Source of the DNA: the human T2T-CHM13v2.0 reference genome, Homo sapiens
Length of the DNA stretch: 64,000 nt
Direction: 5' to 3' (one strand)
NCBI RefSeq assembly: GCF_009914755.1
Contig: NC_060927.1
The position numbers were made by a program, and so were the translations under genes. Each line of letters begins with the position of its first letter. Position 1 is the first letter of the stretch. Shown piece after piece: positions 42,201 through 55,029 of the stretch. The notes under the pieces were generated by a model. That model did not search any database. It saw only the letters and a program-made list of their open reading frames with translations, and had not been told where the DNA came from.

Positions 42201-45034
42201 TTTTTTGCATGAAAAATTAATTGCTGTATATACCTGTCCATCTTTTTAAGAATTATGACTCTTTAAGTCTCTATTATTATTAAATCAGAAACTGAAAGTT
42301 GCTTGTTTGTTGGGACCTCCATTTTCCAGTGTAAATTAATGCAGTTATCATGTTTTGTCATTCAACAAAATGCACACAAATGTGAATTTTAATTAAATGT
42401 TATACTGCAATGATAAACTATATCTACATACAGTTTTACATTAATCTTCATGCACCCTTCTCCCCCAACATTGGTGCCTGTGTGAATTCTGTTAATTTTA
42501 TGAACTGGTAAACATTTAATACATGAAATTCTTTGTAGTATATAATGCAGTACTTCAGAACTAACAGAATGTTATTTTATAGCACTGTTCAAGGGTGCAG
42601 AATATTATTTTTGGCATGCAGTTTCTCTGTTAAACAGTTTTTACTTTGGATTTTTCTTTCTTTTAAAGAGATTTTCAATTTTAACATGAGGGAACTGGTG
42701 TCATGGGTAAGGCTTTTACATGGAAACAAAGTAGCAGATTGAAGTGGTTTCAGGGCTTTAATCCCTTGGTAAATTAGCCAGCAGGCTAGCCTTTTCATAG
42801 ATGAGCTAAACAACAGGTTGATGCCATTTGGGCATTAGCAATGAGAACCACCTGAGGGAATAGGGACTGAATAGGAAGAAATGTAGAATGGGAAGAAGGC
42901 ATGGCTGTTAGCATTTGCTAGATCGAGTAGCTAAAGTAATGCCCGTAAATGAATCATTGTATCTGGTATTTTAGGTTTCCCCTTGTACACTCTTAAATTT
43001 ACATTATTCTTAAAATTCTCAAAATTTACTTTAAAGATAATATTACATTTTCTAATTAACATGATTCTGGAATTTTACATGAAAATTTATGTCAATAAGC
43101 TTATAAATATTTCATTTTATAAATTTGTACGGTCTCCTTTTTGAAGAGAGATTTGAGGTTTTCAACTTTGTTTGCAAATTGTTATCCCTAACCAAACAGA
43201 AGAAGACATTTTGAAATCTGCAAGTATAGAATTAATAGGATTTCAAGCATTGAAATATTATTGCCTATTTGAAAACTATGAATATTGCTATTATTGTTCA
43301 TAAGCTTATTATAAAATTATTTTCTTAAAATGTTCTCACAATTTTTTAACTACTTGAGAAAAAAGAATTCATTGCCATATTGTATTATATGTATTGGGCA
43401 ATGTATTTAAATAAACTATCAATAATGAGTAGTAACCAGCACAGTTAGCCACATTTAGTAGAAAAATTGGGAGTGTAACTTTATATAAATTGAAAAGAAT
43501 TTATCTAATCTCTGCAAGAGCAAGTTTTAAAATTGTTCATTTTGCATGTTATTTAAAATTCTTAAGGTAATTGGTACCTTGATGTTGATAAATATTAAAA
43601 TAATACATTAAGAAAATTGATACAGTACTAAAGTCATTAAAATAACCTGGTACCCTATGAAGCCCTCTCTCTAGGCTTTTAATTTTTTGTTTAGAAGGGG
43701 AGATTTTAAGGATCAATACGAAGATCTGTTGATAATATTATATTTAATTAGAGTAATCAGAAACCATGCTCAGAGCGTGACACCTGCCAGGGAGAGCTTC
43801 AAAAAGATAGTAAGCAGCATGCATTAGAATCATCTCTTTTGCTTGTCCATGAGCACTAATCTAGTGGAAGTCCCAAATGGGGCAGCTAGTCAGCTATTTT
43901 ATTGACTTTGATCTGGTTTGGGGGGCAGTTTATTTTCCCATAATGCCATTGATCAATGATTTCCTTTCAGCAGTGATGTAATTAAAGGGCTTTAGTCGGC
44001 TTCTGCTGTGTTGCCTTGAAATTTATTATTCTGGAGATTTAAAGAAGATCGATAGGGTGCAGTGGCCCAGTGTTTAGACCCGAGTAGGAGGACCCTACTG
44101 AGAGTATAAGGCATGCAGAAAACAAGGCTTCAGGACACAAACAAGATGTTTACCTGGGACCTTGAGCTGACCTATTCACAACAGATCCTGTATAACCAGT
44201 AGCATTTTAGTACCTATTTTTATCACAGACTCAAAACTACTTTGTCCTCTTTGTTATTGATCCTTACAGTTTGTTTTAAAGCAATTGAAATCAAATAGTC
44301 CTGTTGTCAAAATAAGAATTAAAATTTAAACATATTTGCCAGAAACACAGGCTCCAAATGCCTTCGTCTTAAAATGGGACTAAAAAATGACTAATCTGAG
44401 GAATGTGGATGTCTTTAAAGACTCAGTAGGATCTATTAAAAACATCATGAATATGCCTTTTAAAAAATTAATCTTAGTAATCAGATTAGCTTTATTTTAT
44501 AACTAATTTAAACACAAATTGCTTATTTTTATATGCATAGAAATCTACATCCAATGACAAGTATTCCTAAGTGATCAAAAGACCACATTTGGCTAATAGA
44601 CTCATAGAACCTACCACTAAATAAAAATTAAGATTTGCCTCACAACTTACTTTATTTGGTAGATTAGTAAAAGAAATTCAGTGATTCTTTGTAATATGTA
44701 AACTGTGTATCCTGGGATTCTTATTAATCTGTTTTAATGAAGTAAAAATAAATTGAAAATAAAGGAGACAGATTTAAGTTCCAAACCACCATTTTCTGTG
44801 TTGCTTCATTAATAATAGTTCTTTTTAAAAAAAATAGCAAACATAAAAACACCTCATCAAGAAGTTCATTTGAAAATCCTGAGTACTTCTTTTATAGAAT
44901 CTAAACTTATATTTGCATATTTTAGATTTTAAGAAATCCTAAAGTAATTCTTTTCTACTTTAACACAGCATCTTCCAGTCTTACTTACAGATCATAGAAT
45001 TCTTGGGGGCCCAGTCTGAGAAATGCAAGGATTA

Positions 45035-45185
45035 ATGAAAAGAACCCAGACAGACAAGAGACAGCTGTTCTGAATTCTAATCCTGGCTTTGCCTTTCATG
45101 GCTTATATGATTTTTACAAGTTAGATAATCTCTCTGGGTCGTAGCTTTCTTATCTGTAAAATGAGGAGATTGTGTAAGAGAGGTT
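45035..45185 (+). mobile_element. MIR
   Basis: gaattctaatcctggctttgcc...ctctctgggtcgtagctttcttatctgtaaaatgagga. Confidence 0.8.
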
Positions 45186-45751
45186 GGGGTTGGTCAGGGA
45201 ATGATATACAGTGTCCCAAGGAGCTTTTTCAAAATAGGCATTCCACCAGACACTTTTCCCCATACTGAGATTGGCTCTAGATACACCTTCCTCAGCTCGT
45301 TCACTGAGCCATTATTAAAACTTATTTTCTCAACCTTCTAACTGATGTATTTAGCTGTCGTTTTTAGAGAGTTTTAGTCACCAGAGACATATGGAAAATA
45401 TAGCAGTTGTACTTAGAAGTCAAAGAGTAAACATAAGCATGATTTATTACTGCTAAATTTAGTCAACACTGGCATATTGAGCCTCCTGATAAAGGTAACA
45501 GGCCATCTAGCCATATAACAGAAATGGTAATGCAGACATAGTCTGATAATTTGCTATCTTGAAAAACACTAACTTATGAACTTATTACTAAAACCTCACG
45601 TTATAGCTAAGGAATAAGGAAAGGCAAATAGGCATCGCAGAAAAAAAATGAGCAAATTTAGAGATTTTGTTTACGTTTTATCTCCAGTAATCATTTAGAG
45701 TGAATTAAGATCTCTTAGCTTCTTTTAAAAACACTGATGACCTAGGAAAAA

Positions 45752-46405
<654 letters not shown>

Positions 46406-46589
46406 TGCTGCATTTGAATTCACAAAATGCAAAGTGAGAGCAACTAGAGGGATATAAAGAGTCCAGCAAGTCACAAATATAGGTATACACAAAACTTGTT
46501 AGAGGAGCAGTTGAACAGAGAGGGACATAATGTTTTGTTATATTTGTTGTTTCTTGATTTTATTAAATCTATTTATTTTCTTTATTTGC

Positions 46590-46770
46590 TTTATTTTTCT
46601 TTATCACATTCACCACTCCCTAACATTGTATTTTATGTCTGATTAGTGGGTTAGCCTCAGGCTTTCTTACTAGAAAGTGAGCTCCCTAAAAGCAGGAATT
46701 TTGCCTATTTGTTCAATAACATGTCCCCCATCCTAGAAGACTGACTGGCACATGGTAGGTGCTCATTAAA
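46590..46770 (+). mobile_element. L2 3' end
   Basis: ctagaaagtgagctcc...gcagga...ctggcacatggtaggtgctca. Confidence 0.8.
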
Positions 46771-46944
46771 CTTACAGTCTCCTGAGAGCTATTGCCTATT
46801 ATCACCAAAGAGAGTTTTGTGATATGAACTGTGCTTTAGGATGATAACTTTGTTGGGGTCAGAAGGTTAATGATGAGTTGTGCTGTGAATGAGATGATGA
46901 AAGCAAAAATTAGAAAAAACCATTAGAATAATAAAAGAGGGCAT

Positions 46945-47745
46945 ATGAAAATCTGTAAATCGGATCCTATTAATCTCCTGCACTGAACCCTTCAATGGCT
47001 TCCATCTGCCCATAGGATACAATTTCAGAATTCTTTTTTTTTTAGTAAAAGAGAATGATTTATCTGTTCAATTGTCATTTGATATAAGTGATAGCATTTA
47101 GAACACAATTCTAGGAAACATTTGTGAAAGGATATAGGAAAGTTTTACAGTCATAGTCTCATACATTCAAACAAAATCACAGTAAAATGGTTTCTTAACA
47201 GAATTGTAATGAAGTTACTATTTTTTAAAAAAAGCGGGCAATTTTCTTTGTTCATTTGTTTATTAATTCAGCTATTTGTTGTTACCTACTGGAATTCTTA
47301 ATATAGCTACAAGCTTCCATGGTTTGCTCATGTCTACTTCTCCAGTCTCATCCTGGACCACTCTAACCCATTGGCTTGCTTTTTTAGTTCCTTGGTTTGT
47401 ACCTGTTTTTCCATCTACCTGAAATACTTACCTCTTCCCTCTCTCCCAGATGAATTTAGGCTTATTATTAAAGTTTCAGCTTAAACTTTATATCTCAGTG
47501 AAACATTCCTGACACCTAACACTAGGTTATAACAGCTTCTCTCAAAGCATCACAAACTTCTTTCATAGTAATCAACAAACTTTTTGATTTAAAATGATTT
47601 TCATGATTGTCTGATGTTTCTCTCTCACGACTTTTATGGTAAAAAAATAAATAAGACTTTTATGGTCAGACCGTATCTGTTTTGTATACCATGTCTTCAA
47701 CACCTAGCATAGTTCCTAGCATATAGAAGGTGCTCAAAAAGTATC
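46945..47745 (+). mobile_element. L2 3' region containing two small insertions
   Basis: acccttcaatggcttcc...ttccagtctcatc...gcacctagcatagttcctagcatatagaaggtgctcaa. Confidence 0.8.
47036..47291 (-). other. Orphan retroposed insert (retrocopy 3' end or L1 3' transduction)
   Basis: Poly-T at 47034-47043, gaattctt direct repeats at 47028 and 47292, GATAAA upstream of the tail on the minus strand, interrupts L2 colinearity. Confidence 0.65.
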
Positions 47746-47854
47746 TAGCTATCTAGCTGTCTATCTCTATCATCTATCTTTGTAAAAATCTTTCAACTCT
47801 TGTAATTTCAGCTATTCAGCATTTATAATTGCCCTTAGGATTTTTTTCTGATGC

Positions 47855-48975
47855 TTTGTAATATGAACTATAACTCAGAGAAAAATAGATAAATGTATAG
47901 TTCACCAAATTATTATAAAGCAGTATTATAATAGAATATATAATATTATAAAGCAATTATTGTAAATCAGTACTTGTGTTACACCATCCAGATCAACAAA
48001 CACTTTGCCAGCACCTCAGAAGCCCCCATCTTCTGATAGTTCCTGTCAGAACTATCACCTTCTCTTTTATTATGTTGAGCACTTTCTTGCTTTTCTTTGT
48101 AGTTTCACTATGTATTGCTAAGTACTACAGTTAAGTTTTGCTTCTTTTGAATGGGAATCATACAGTATGCATTCTCTGGGTGTTCTGTTTCTCAGTGTTG
48201 TTCTTAAGATTCATCTATGTGCATGTAGCTGCAGCATGTTCATTTTGTGCTATATAATATTTCATTTTATGAACATATTACAAACTTTTTTTAACCGAAA
48301 TTTCTGCTGTTGATGGACTTTTGAGTTGTTGTCAGTTTGATGCTAATATGAATAAGGCTGCTTTGAACATTCTTGAAAATGTCTGTGTCCTGGCACAGGT
48401 TGATCTTCTGTATACTCTATACCTAAAAGTGGAATTGCTGTGTTGTAGAGTATGTATAATTTTAAATTTACTAGGCAATGTCAAATTTTTCCAAAGTGGA
48501 TATACGAATTAATTTTTTTCACCAGTAGTATGTAAGAATTCCCATTGCTCTGCCTTCTCACCAATACTTAATATTTCTAGACTTTTTTATGTTAGCCAAA
48601 CTTATATCATTCTACTTTCTCTTTTTTTTTTGTTTGTTTATTTTTTAAGGCAAAGTCTCACAATGTCACTCAGGCTGGAGTGCAGTGGTGCCATCATAGT
48701 TCATTGCAGCCTTGAACTGCTAAGCTCAAGCAATCCTCCTACCTCAGCCTCCAGAGACACTGGGATTACAGGCACACACTACCACACCTGGCAGCATTTT
48801 AATTTATATTTCTCCAGTTACCAAAATGGTTTACCAGCTTTTCATGTTTATTAGGCATTTGGATTTTTTATTTTATGAAGTATCTACTTGAGTGTTTAGG
48901 CCATTTTAGTGTTTGTTTGTTTCTTTTTCCTTATTGACTTGAAGGAGCTATTGGTATATCCTGGATATGAGTCAT
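47855..48975 (-). mobile_element. Old L1 (L1MC/ME-like) 3' end, interrupted by an Alu arm
   Basis: gggaatcatacagtatgcattc...ctgttgatggac...ttttccaaagtgg. Confidence 0.8.
48622..48792 (-). mobile_element. AluJ right arm / FRAM
   Basis: caggctggagtgcagtggtgccatcatagttcattgcagccttgaac; single monomer. Confidence 0.85.
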
Positions 48976-49782
48976 TTAATTACAACTAATAAATATTTAT
49001 GAATAACTGAACATAGCTCTTCCTAACCTACTTACCTTTTTCTCATTCACCAGAGTTTCAGGATATATATTTAAGATATAGAAAATTATCACTGTTCTTT
49101 CTGCTTTCAGTTGTAAGCCATTGATATCTTTGTTATCTGCCATTTTTATCCTAAAGATAGTTAAAGATGATACCTATAGAAAATTTCTTTCGTGTTTACA
49201 AGAAAAAATACTTAATTTCCAATTCGCCTAAAGACATTAGAAAGGGATTTGTTTTTTTCTTTTTTTATTTTTCTATCTTCAGTGCTTAAGAGTACTAGCT
49301 CATAAAACACTTTAGATGTTTGGTGAAAAGAAATGAGAGAGAAGGAGAAAACTAGAGGAAGAAGGATAAGAACCATAATATATGTGATTCGAATGTATTT
49401 GATTCTTATGTGATAATTCTTGGTATTGTTTGGTGTAACTGTGATGGACTCCACTACAATCATAAAAATAGTTTAAATGATTATTTAAGAGAAAAGTTTG
49501 ATTCCTTTTCTTGGCTAAAATTTTGCCTATTCTTTAAGACTCACTTCAAGTGTCACCTTCTTTTGGGAGTCATTATCTTCCATCAGACTGTGTTAGACTT
49601 ATATATTTTCTATACATATTAAGTGTTCTTTTTATATTTGTTTATGTTATGGTTTATGTTAATGTTAATGAGTGTAGAGGGGCATTCACCTCTCTCATTA
49701 ACATTAAATAAGTCAGTACATGGTAAGCACCTCACTACCATAAATCATTTTCTTAAAGGGTTAAGATAAAAATTTAATAATC

Positions 49783-51848
49783 AGCCTGAGAGCAGTGGCT
49801 CATGCTTTTAACCCTGTCATGGAGAGGCAGAGGCAGGAGGATTGCTTGAAGCCAGGAGTTCAAGACCAGTCTGGACAACAAAGGAAAACCCCATCTCTAC
49901 AAAAACTTTAAAAAGTTTCGCTCTGATTTTGGTTATTTCTTGTCTTCTGCTAGCTTTGGGGTTTGTTTGCTCTATATCATGCTCACAGATAGGAAGAATC
50001 AATATTGTGAAAATGGCCATACTGCCCAAGGTAATTTATAGATTCAATTCTATTCCCATTAAACTACCATTGACATTCTTCACAGAATTAGAAAAAACTA
50101 CTTTAAAATTCATATGGAACCAAAAAAGAGTCTGCATTACCAAGACTATCCTAAGCAAAAAGAACAAAGCTGAAGGAATCATGCTGCCTGACTTCAAACT
50201 ATACTACAAGGCTACAGTAGCCAAAACAGTGTGGTACTGGTACAAATACAGACACATAGACCAATGGAACAGAATAGAGATCTCAGAAATAAGATCACAT
50301 CTGCAACCATCTGATCTTCAACATACCTGACAAAAACAAGCAATGGGGAAAGGACTTCTTATTTAATAAATGATCCTGGGAAAACTGGCTAGCCATGTGC
50401 AGAAAATTGAAACTGAACCCCTTCCTTACACCTTATACAAAAATTAACTCAAGATGGATTGAAGACTTAAATGTAAAACCCAAAACTATAAAAACCCTAG
50501 AAGAAAATCTAGGCAATACCATTCAGGACATAGGCATGGGCAAAGATTTTATGACAAAAATGTCAAAAGCAATTGCAACAAAAGCAAAAATTGACAAATG
50601 GGATCTAATTAAACTAAAGAGCTTCTGCACAGCAAAAGAAACTATCATCAGAGTCAGCAGACAACCTATAGAATGGGAGAAAATTTTTGCAATCTATCCA
50701 TCTGACAGAGGTCTAATATCCAGAATGTACAAGAAACGTAAACAAAATTACAAGAGAAAAAAAAAGCCCATTAAAAAGTGGGCAAAGGACATGAACAGAT
50801 ACTTCTCAAAAGAAGACATTTATGTGGCCAAAAAACATGAAAAAAACCTCAACATCACTGGTCATTAGAGAAATGCAAATCAAAACCACAATGAGATACC
50901 ATCTCATGCCAATCAAAATGGCAATTATTAAAATGTCAAGAAACAACAGGTGTTAGTGAGATTGTGGAGAAATAGGAACGCTTTCACACTGTTGGTGGGA
51001 ATGTAAATTAGTTCAACCATTGTGGAAGTCAGTGTGGAGATTCCTCAAAGACCTAGATCCAGAAATAACATTTGAACCAGCAATTCCATTACTGGAATTA
51101 TACTCAAAGGAATTACTGGGTATACACTGGGTATATACCCAAAAGAATATAAATTACTGGGTATATACCCAAAGGAATATAAATTATTCTCTTATAAAGA
51201 TACATGCACATGTATGTTCATGGCAGCACTATTCACTGTAGCAAAGACATGGAATCAACCCAAATGCCCATCAGTGATAGACTGGATAAAGAAAATGTGG
51301 TACATATACACCATGGAATACTATGCAGTCATAAAAAGGAATGAGATCATGCCCTTTGCAGGGACATGGATGGAGCTGGAAGCCATTATCCTCAGCAGAC
51401 TAACACAGGAACAGAAAACCAAACACCACATGTTCTCACTAATAAGTGAGAGCTGAACAATGAGAACACACAGACACAGAGAAGGGAACAACACACACTG
51501 GGGCCTGTCGGGGGTCAGGGAGAAGGAGAACATCAAGATAATAACTAATGCATGTGAGGCTTAATACCTAGGTGATGGGTTGATAGGTGCAGCAAACCCA
51601 CTGTGGCACATGTTTACCTGTGTAACAAACCTGCACATCCAGCACGTGTATTCCAGAACTTAGAATTAAATTATTATTTTTTTAAAGCCAGGCCTGGTGG
51701 CACGCACCTGTAGTCCCAGCCATTCAGGAGGCTTAGGAGAGATGATTACGTGAGCCCAGGAGCTGGAGATTGCAATGAGCTATGATCATGCCACTGCACT
51801 CCAACCTGGGTGACAAAGTAAGACTCTGTTTCTTAGAAAAAAAAATAA
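49783..51848 (+). mobile_element. AluJ split in its A-rich linker by an L1 (left arm 49783-49913, right arm 51686-51848)
   Basis: Left monomer ends ccccatctctacaaaaactttaaaa; right monomer agccaggcctggtggc...gagctatgatcatgccactgc resumes after the L1 tail. Confidence 0.88.
49914..51685 (+). mobile_element. 5'-inverted, truncated LINE-1 (L1PA8A-PA11-like)
   Basis: Antisense ORF2 piece 49914-49973 ([18 protein letters not shown]) joined to sense ORF2 from 49978 ([13 protein letters not shown]) through the 3'UTR. Confidence 0.92.
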
Positions 51849-52534
51849 GTTTGGTAATTATCCATTATTGAACTGGAAGGTTAATTATATAGAAACACTC
51901 TTACAATTAATTCTTACATTTAATTTCTTTCCAATTTTCAAGAAAAAAAATCTTTTTAATTTAGGCTTTCTCGAATTTGATTGTGTTCACAAAAAAAGTT
52001 GTAGATTTGAAGTGTTCGTCATTTTCTTGTAAGCAAATCCCTTCTCTAAGTGTTATTAACTTTGATCTTTATTAGATGAAATTAAATGAGAATTTGTTCA
52101 GGTTTAACTCTTCGAGGACTAGAAATGGATCTTCTAAAACTCCCACAATCTGTTGGATGTCCTTCATGATTTCATTGTTAGTTAAAAGTATCCTCCATAG
52201 TTCCTGTATATGTGCCAGGGCAAATGGTGAATGTTTCTCATCATTTTTGCTTGAAAATGGTGTGAGATAGGAAAGCAGGAAATATGACTTTCTCCTTTTT
52301 CTTTGATTTATACCTGTATGATCTACTTGTACCCAGAAGGATGGGGTTTGAGAAGTTGTCAAGCACTAATTTTGTTTCCTTCTGTTATATAGCTTTTTTT
52401 GTGTGTGTGAGGAAATGATCCAGCTTTAAAGATTCTACTCTGCATTTGAAAACTATTGTTTTTTATAGAATGTGAAGCATACTTTTCCAGTCATTTGTAC
52501 TGTTACTGTTTGCCTTTTACAGAATGTAATAGGT

Positions 52535-52728
52535 TTTGTTTAGGGCTCTGGAGTCAGACTGCCTGAATTAGCTTTGGCTCCATTATTTACTACTGAGTGA
52601 CTTAATTACTCAAATTCTCGGTGCTTCATTTTCCTCAGTGGTAAAAATAGGGTGTTAATATTGAACATTAAATAAGTCAATATATGGTAAGCACCTAGAA
52701 TAATATAGAATAATTCAGTAAATATTGA
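52535..52728 (+). mobile_element. MIR
   Basis: gggctctggagtcagactgcctg...ttttcctcagtggtaaaaatagg. Confidence 0.85.
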
Positions 52729-53357
52729 CTTTCAGTTTTTAAATAATTCTTATTAATTAATAGTGCTATGTGAGTCAATTGAAGCAGAATTTACTGTAGA
52801 ACAAAAACTATTGGTTGTTATTTCAGACAGATATAATAATTTTACATTTCCTTCTGGGACAAGATGATGAGCCTGGCAAGACTAATACTTTATGTTATAT
52901 TAAAATAAATTATTGTTATAATTGGTTCATGGAAGTACTCATTAATAGCAATATTTCCCTTTAAGATATGTAATTTGAACAGATTTGCATTGATTATTCC
53001 TAGGTTGTTTTTGCTTTATTTTATTAGCCCTTTATTTTGAAGTTTCATGGAATTTCAGCTGTGATAATATCTAGACTTATCTTTTTGTGTGTCATATTCT
53101 AAGTGTTCAGAATATGTGGCTACATTTTTTATTCTGAAGATCAGAGGGTATAACACATACTTGATACCTATTTTATTTGTGCTCTCAAATGTAATGCTTT
53201 CTTTATTTTGTCATTTTATATCTTGAATTACCACCCTATTGATATTTTATATAAATCGATTTCCTTCATTTACTTTTTAGAGTCTTCTATTTTTTTTTAT
53301 CTTTCTCTTTTGCTATCTTTCTTTGTGCCTTTCTCAACCATTTTGGTAATTTCAATT

Positions 53358-53883
53358 TGTGTCAGTTTGAAACTATGTCCCCAAAATTCTTTGACACTTC
53401 TCCCACTGAGGACTGGGCCTGTGTCCCCTTCCTTTGAATCTGGCTTTGTGACTACTTGACCATTAGAATACAGTAAAATGATCTGTACCAGTTTCTAGGT
53501 CCAGGCCTTAAGAAACTGGCAGCTTCCACTTCTTGTCTCTTGGGCCACTTGCTCCTGGAATCTAGCCTCTACACTATGAGAAGCCAAACAGCCTCATGGA
53601 GAGACCACATATAAGTGTTTTAGCTGACAGCTCCACTGAATCCCCAACTGACAGCCAACAGCAACCATCAGGCACATCAATGAGCAAGGCTTCAGAGGAA
53701 TCCAGTCCCTAGCCTTCAAGTAAGCCTCAGCCTTTGTGTTGCCCCAGTTGATGCTAGATGGCACAGAGGCAAGCTTCCCTGGCCAGCCCCTGTCCAAATG
53801 CAAATTTATAAGCAAACTTAATAATTGTGGTTATTTCAAGCATAAGTTTGGGTTGGTATATTCCAAAGCAAAGATAACCGATA
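53358..53883 (+). mobile_element. MaLR solo LTR, MLT1G/H-like
   Basis: aaattctttgacacttctccca...ggccttaagaaactggcagcttccacttc...aagtttggg...gcaaagataacc. Confidence 0.85.
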
Positions 53884-54174
53884 ATGTTGTACTTCTTTTT
53901 TTTCTTCATAGTAACAGTTTTAAGGAAGTAAATATTGTTAGAAGTAATTCTCAGAACTTACCTTTAAAGCCAATTAGTATTTTCTGCATAGGAATAACAC
54001 TTTAGAACGTATCTGAAGATTTTTTTTAAGGTGAATAATAATGCATATTAGTAAAACAGAAGAATTTCATCACTTCTCTTTGAATTCATATATATTTCTT
54101 ATAATTTTCACTGACTATAATAACTGCAGCTTAATATTATCATCATTGTTACTATTGTCTTATTTTATATAGAG

Positions 54175-54345
54175 CAGAAATGGTAAATATGAAGCATTGG
54201 TCCCCACTCTTTTAGGTAGGCTGCATCTATAACATATCACTAGTTGAACAGTGTACTTTTTCCTGCCGAGCAGATGTAACTTCAGAATTCTCAACACAGA
54301 ACTTTATGCTGTTATTACCAGTGCAGTTGGAATAGACATCTGAGA
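54175..54345. mobile_element. MER117-like hAT MITE
   Basis: tttcctgccgagc...cttcagaattctcaacacag...taccagtgcagttgg resembles recalled MER117. Confidence 0.55.
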
Positions 54346-55029
54346 CCTCTAGTTTATCAAAACTTTTACATATAATATCAACGTAGGTATAATCCTTTTC
54401 CAACTCCTAAAGCTACCTTAATGCTATCATCAATCTGCTTTTCTGACAGCATTTTATTTATGTTAGAGAAATCTCTGCTTCACATGCAAATTGTTTTCCT
54501 TTTTTCTTCCTTTCCTCTCCTGTAGCTTTTATGTAGAAATCAGAAGTTTCCTACCTCTGTGGAAAAAATCACACTGAGATTTCTCTAAGGAGGCAATATA
54601 GTAAAGTAGGAAAAGCCATTATAATTTTCTGAAAAACGGTTTTCACTATGGAAAAAAAGATGAGACATACGAGTGATTAGGTCATTTGCAAATTTTATAG
54701 TGCATCTGAATGATTGGGTAGAGGAACTTAAATTAGCTGATTACACACTGTATGCCAGGGTGCTGTATGTTTAACACTTTAATTCATTTGATCTTCAGAA
54801 CATACCTATAGGGAGAATATTAATATCAAAATTTTTATACAGATTTATTAATCAGTTCTTATTTATTAATATATATCCTATATATTATTTTATCCTATAT
54901 ATTATTTGAAGGATTCTATAGCAAAGTAATAAAATGGTGATATGTGACTTATTAAAAAAAATCAGAAAAAAGGAAAAATATACATTAATTAGTCAAGAAA
55001 GGAGAAAAATAAAACAAAATTCACATATC

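Noticed and set aside
52072-52362. Overlapping 96-aa (-) and 64-aa (+) ORFs in unique DNA
   Set aside because: No recognisable domain, the longer ORF has a non-ATG start and no convincing splice sites; a BLASTX/Dfam search would be needed to revive it
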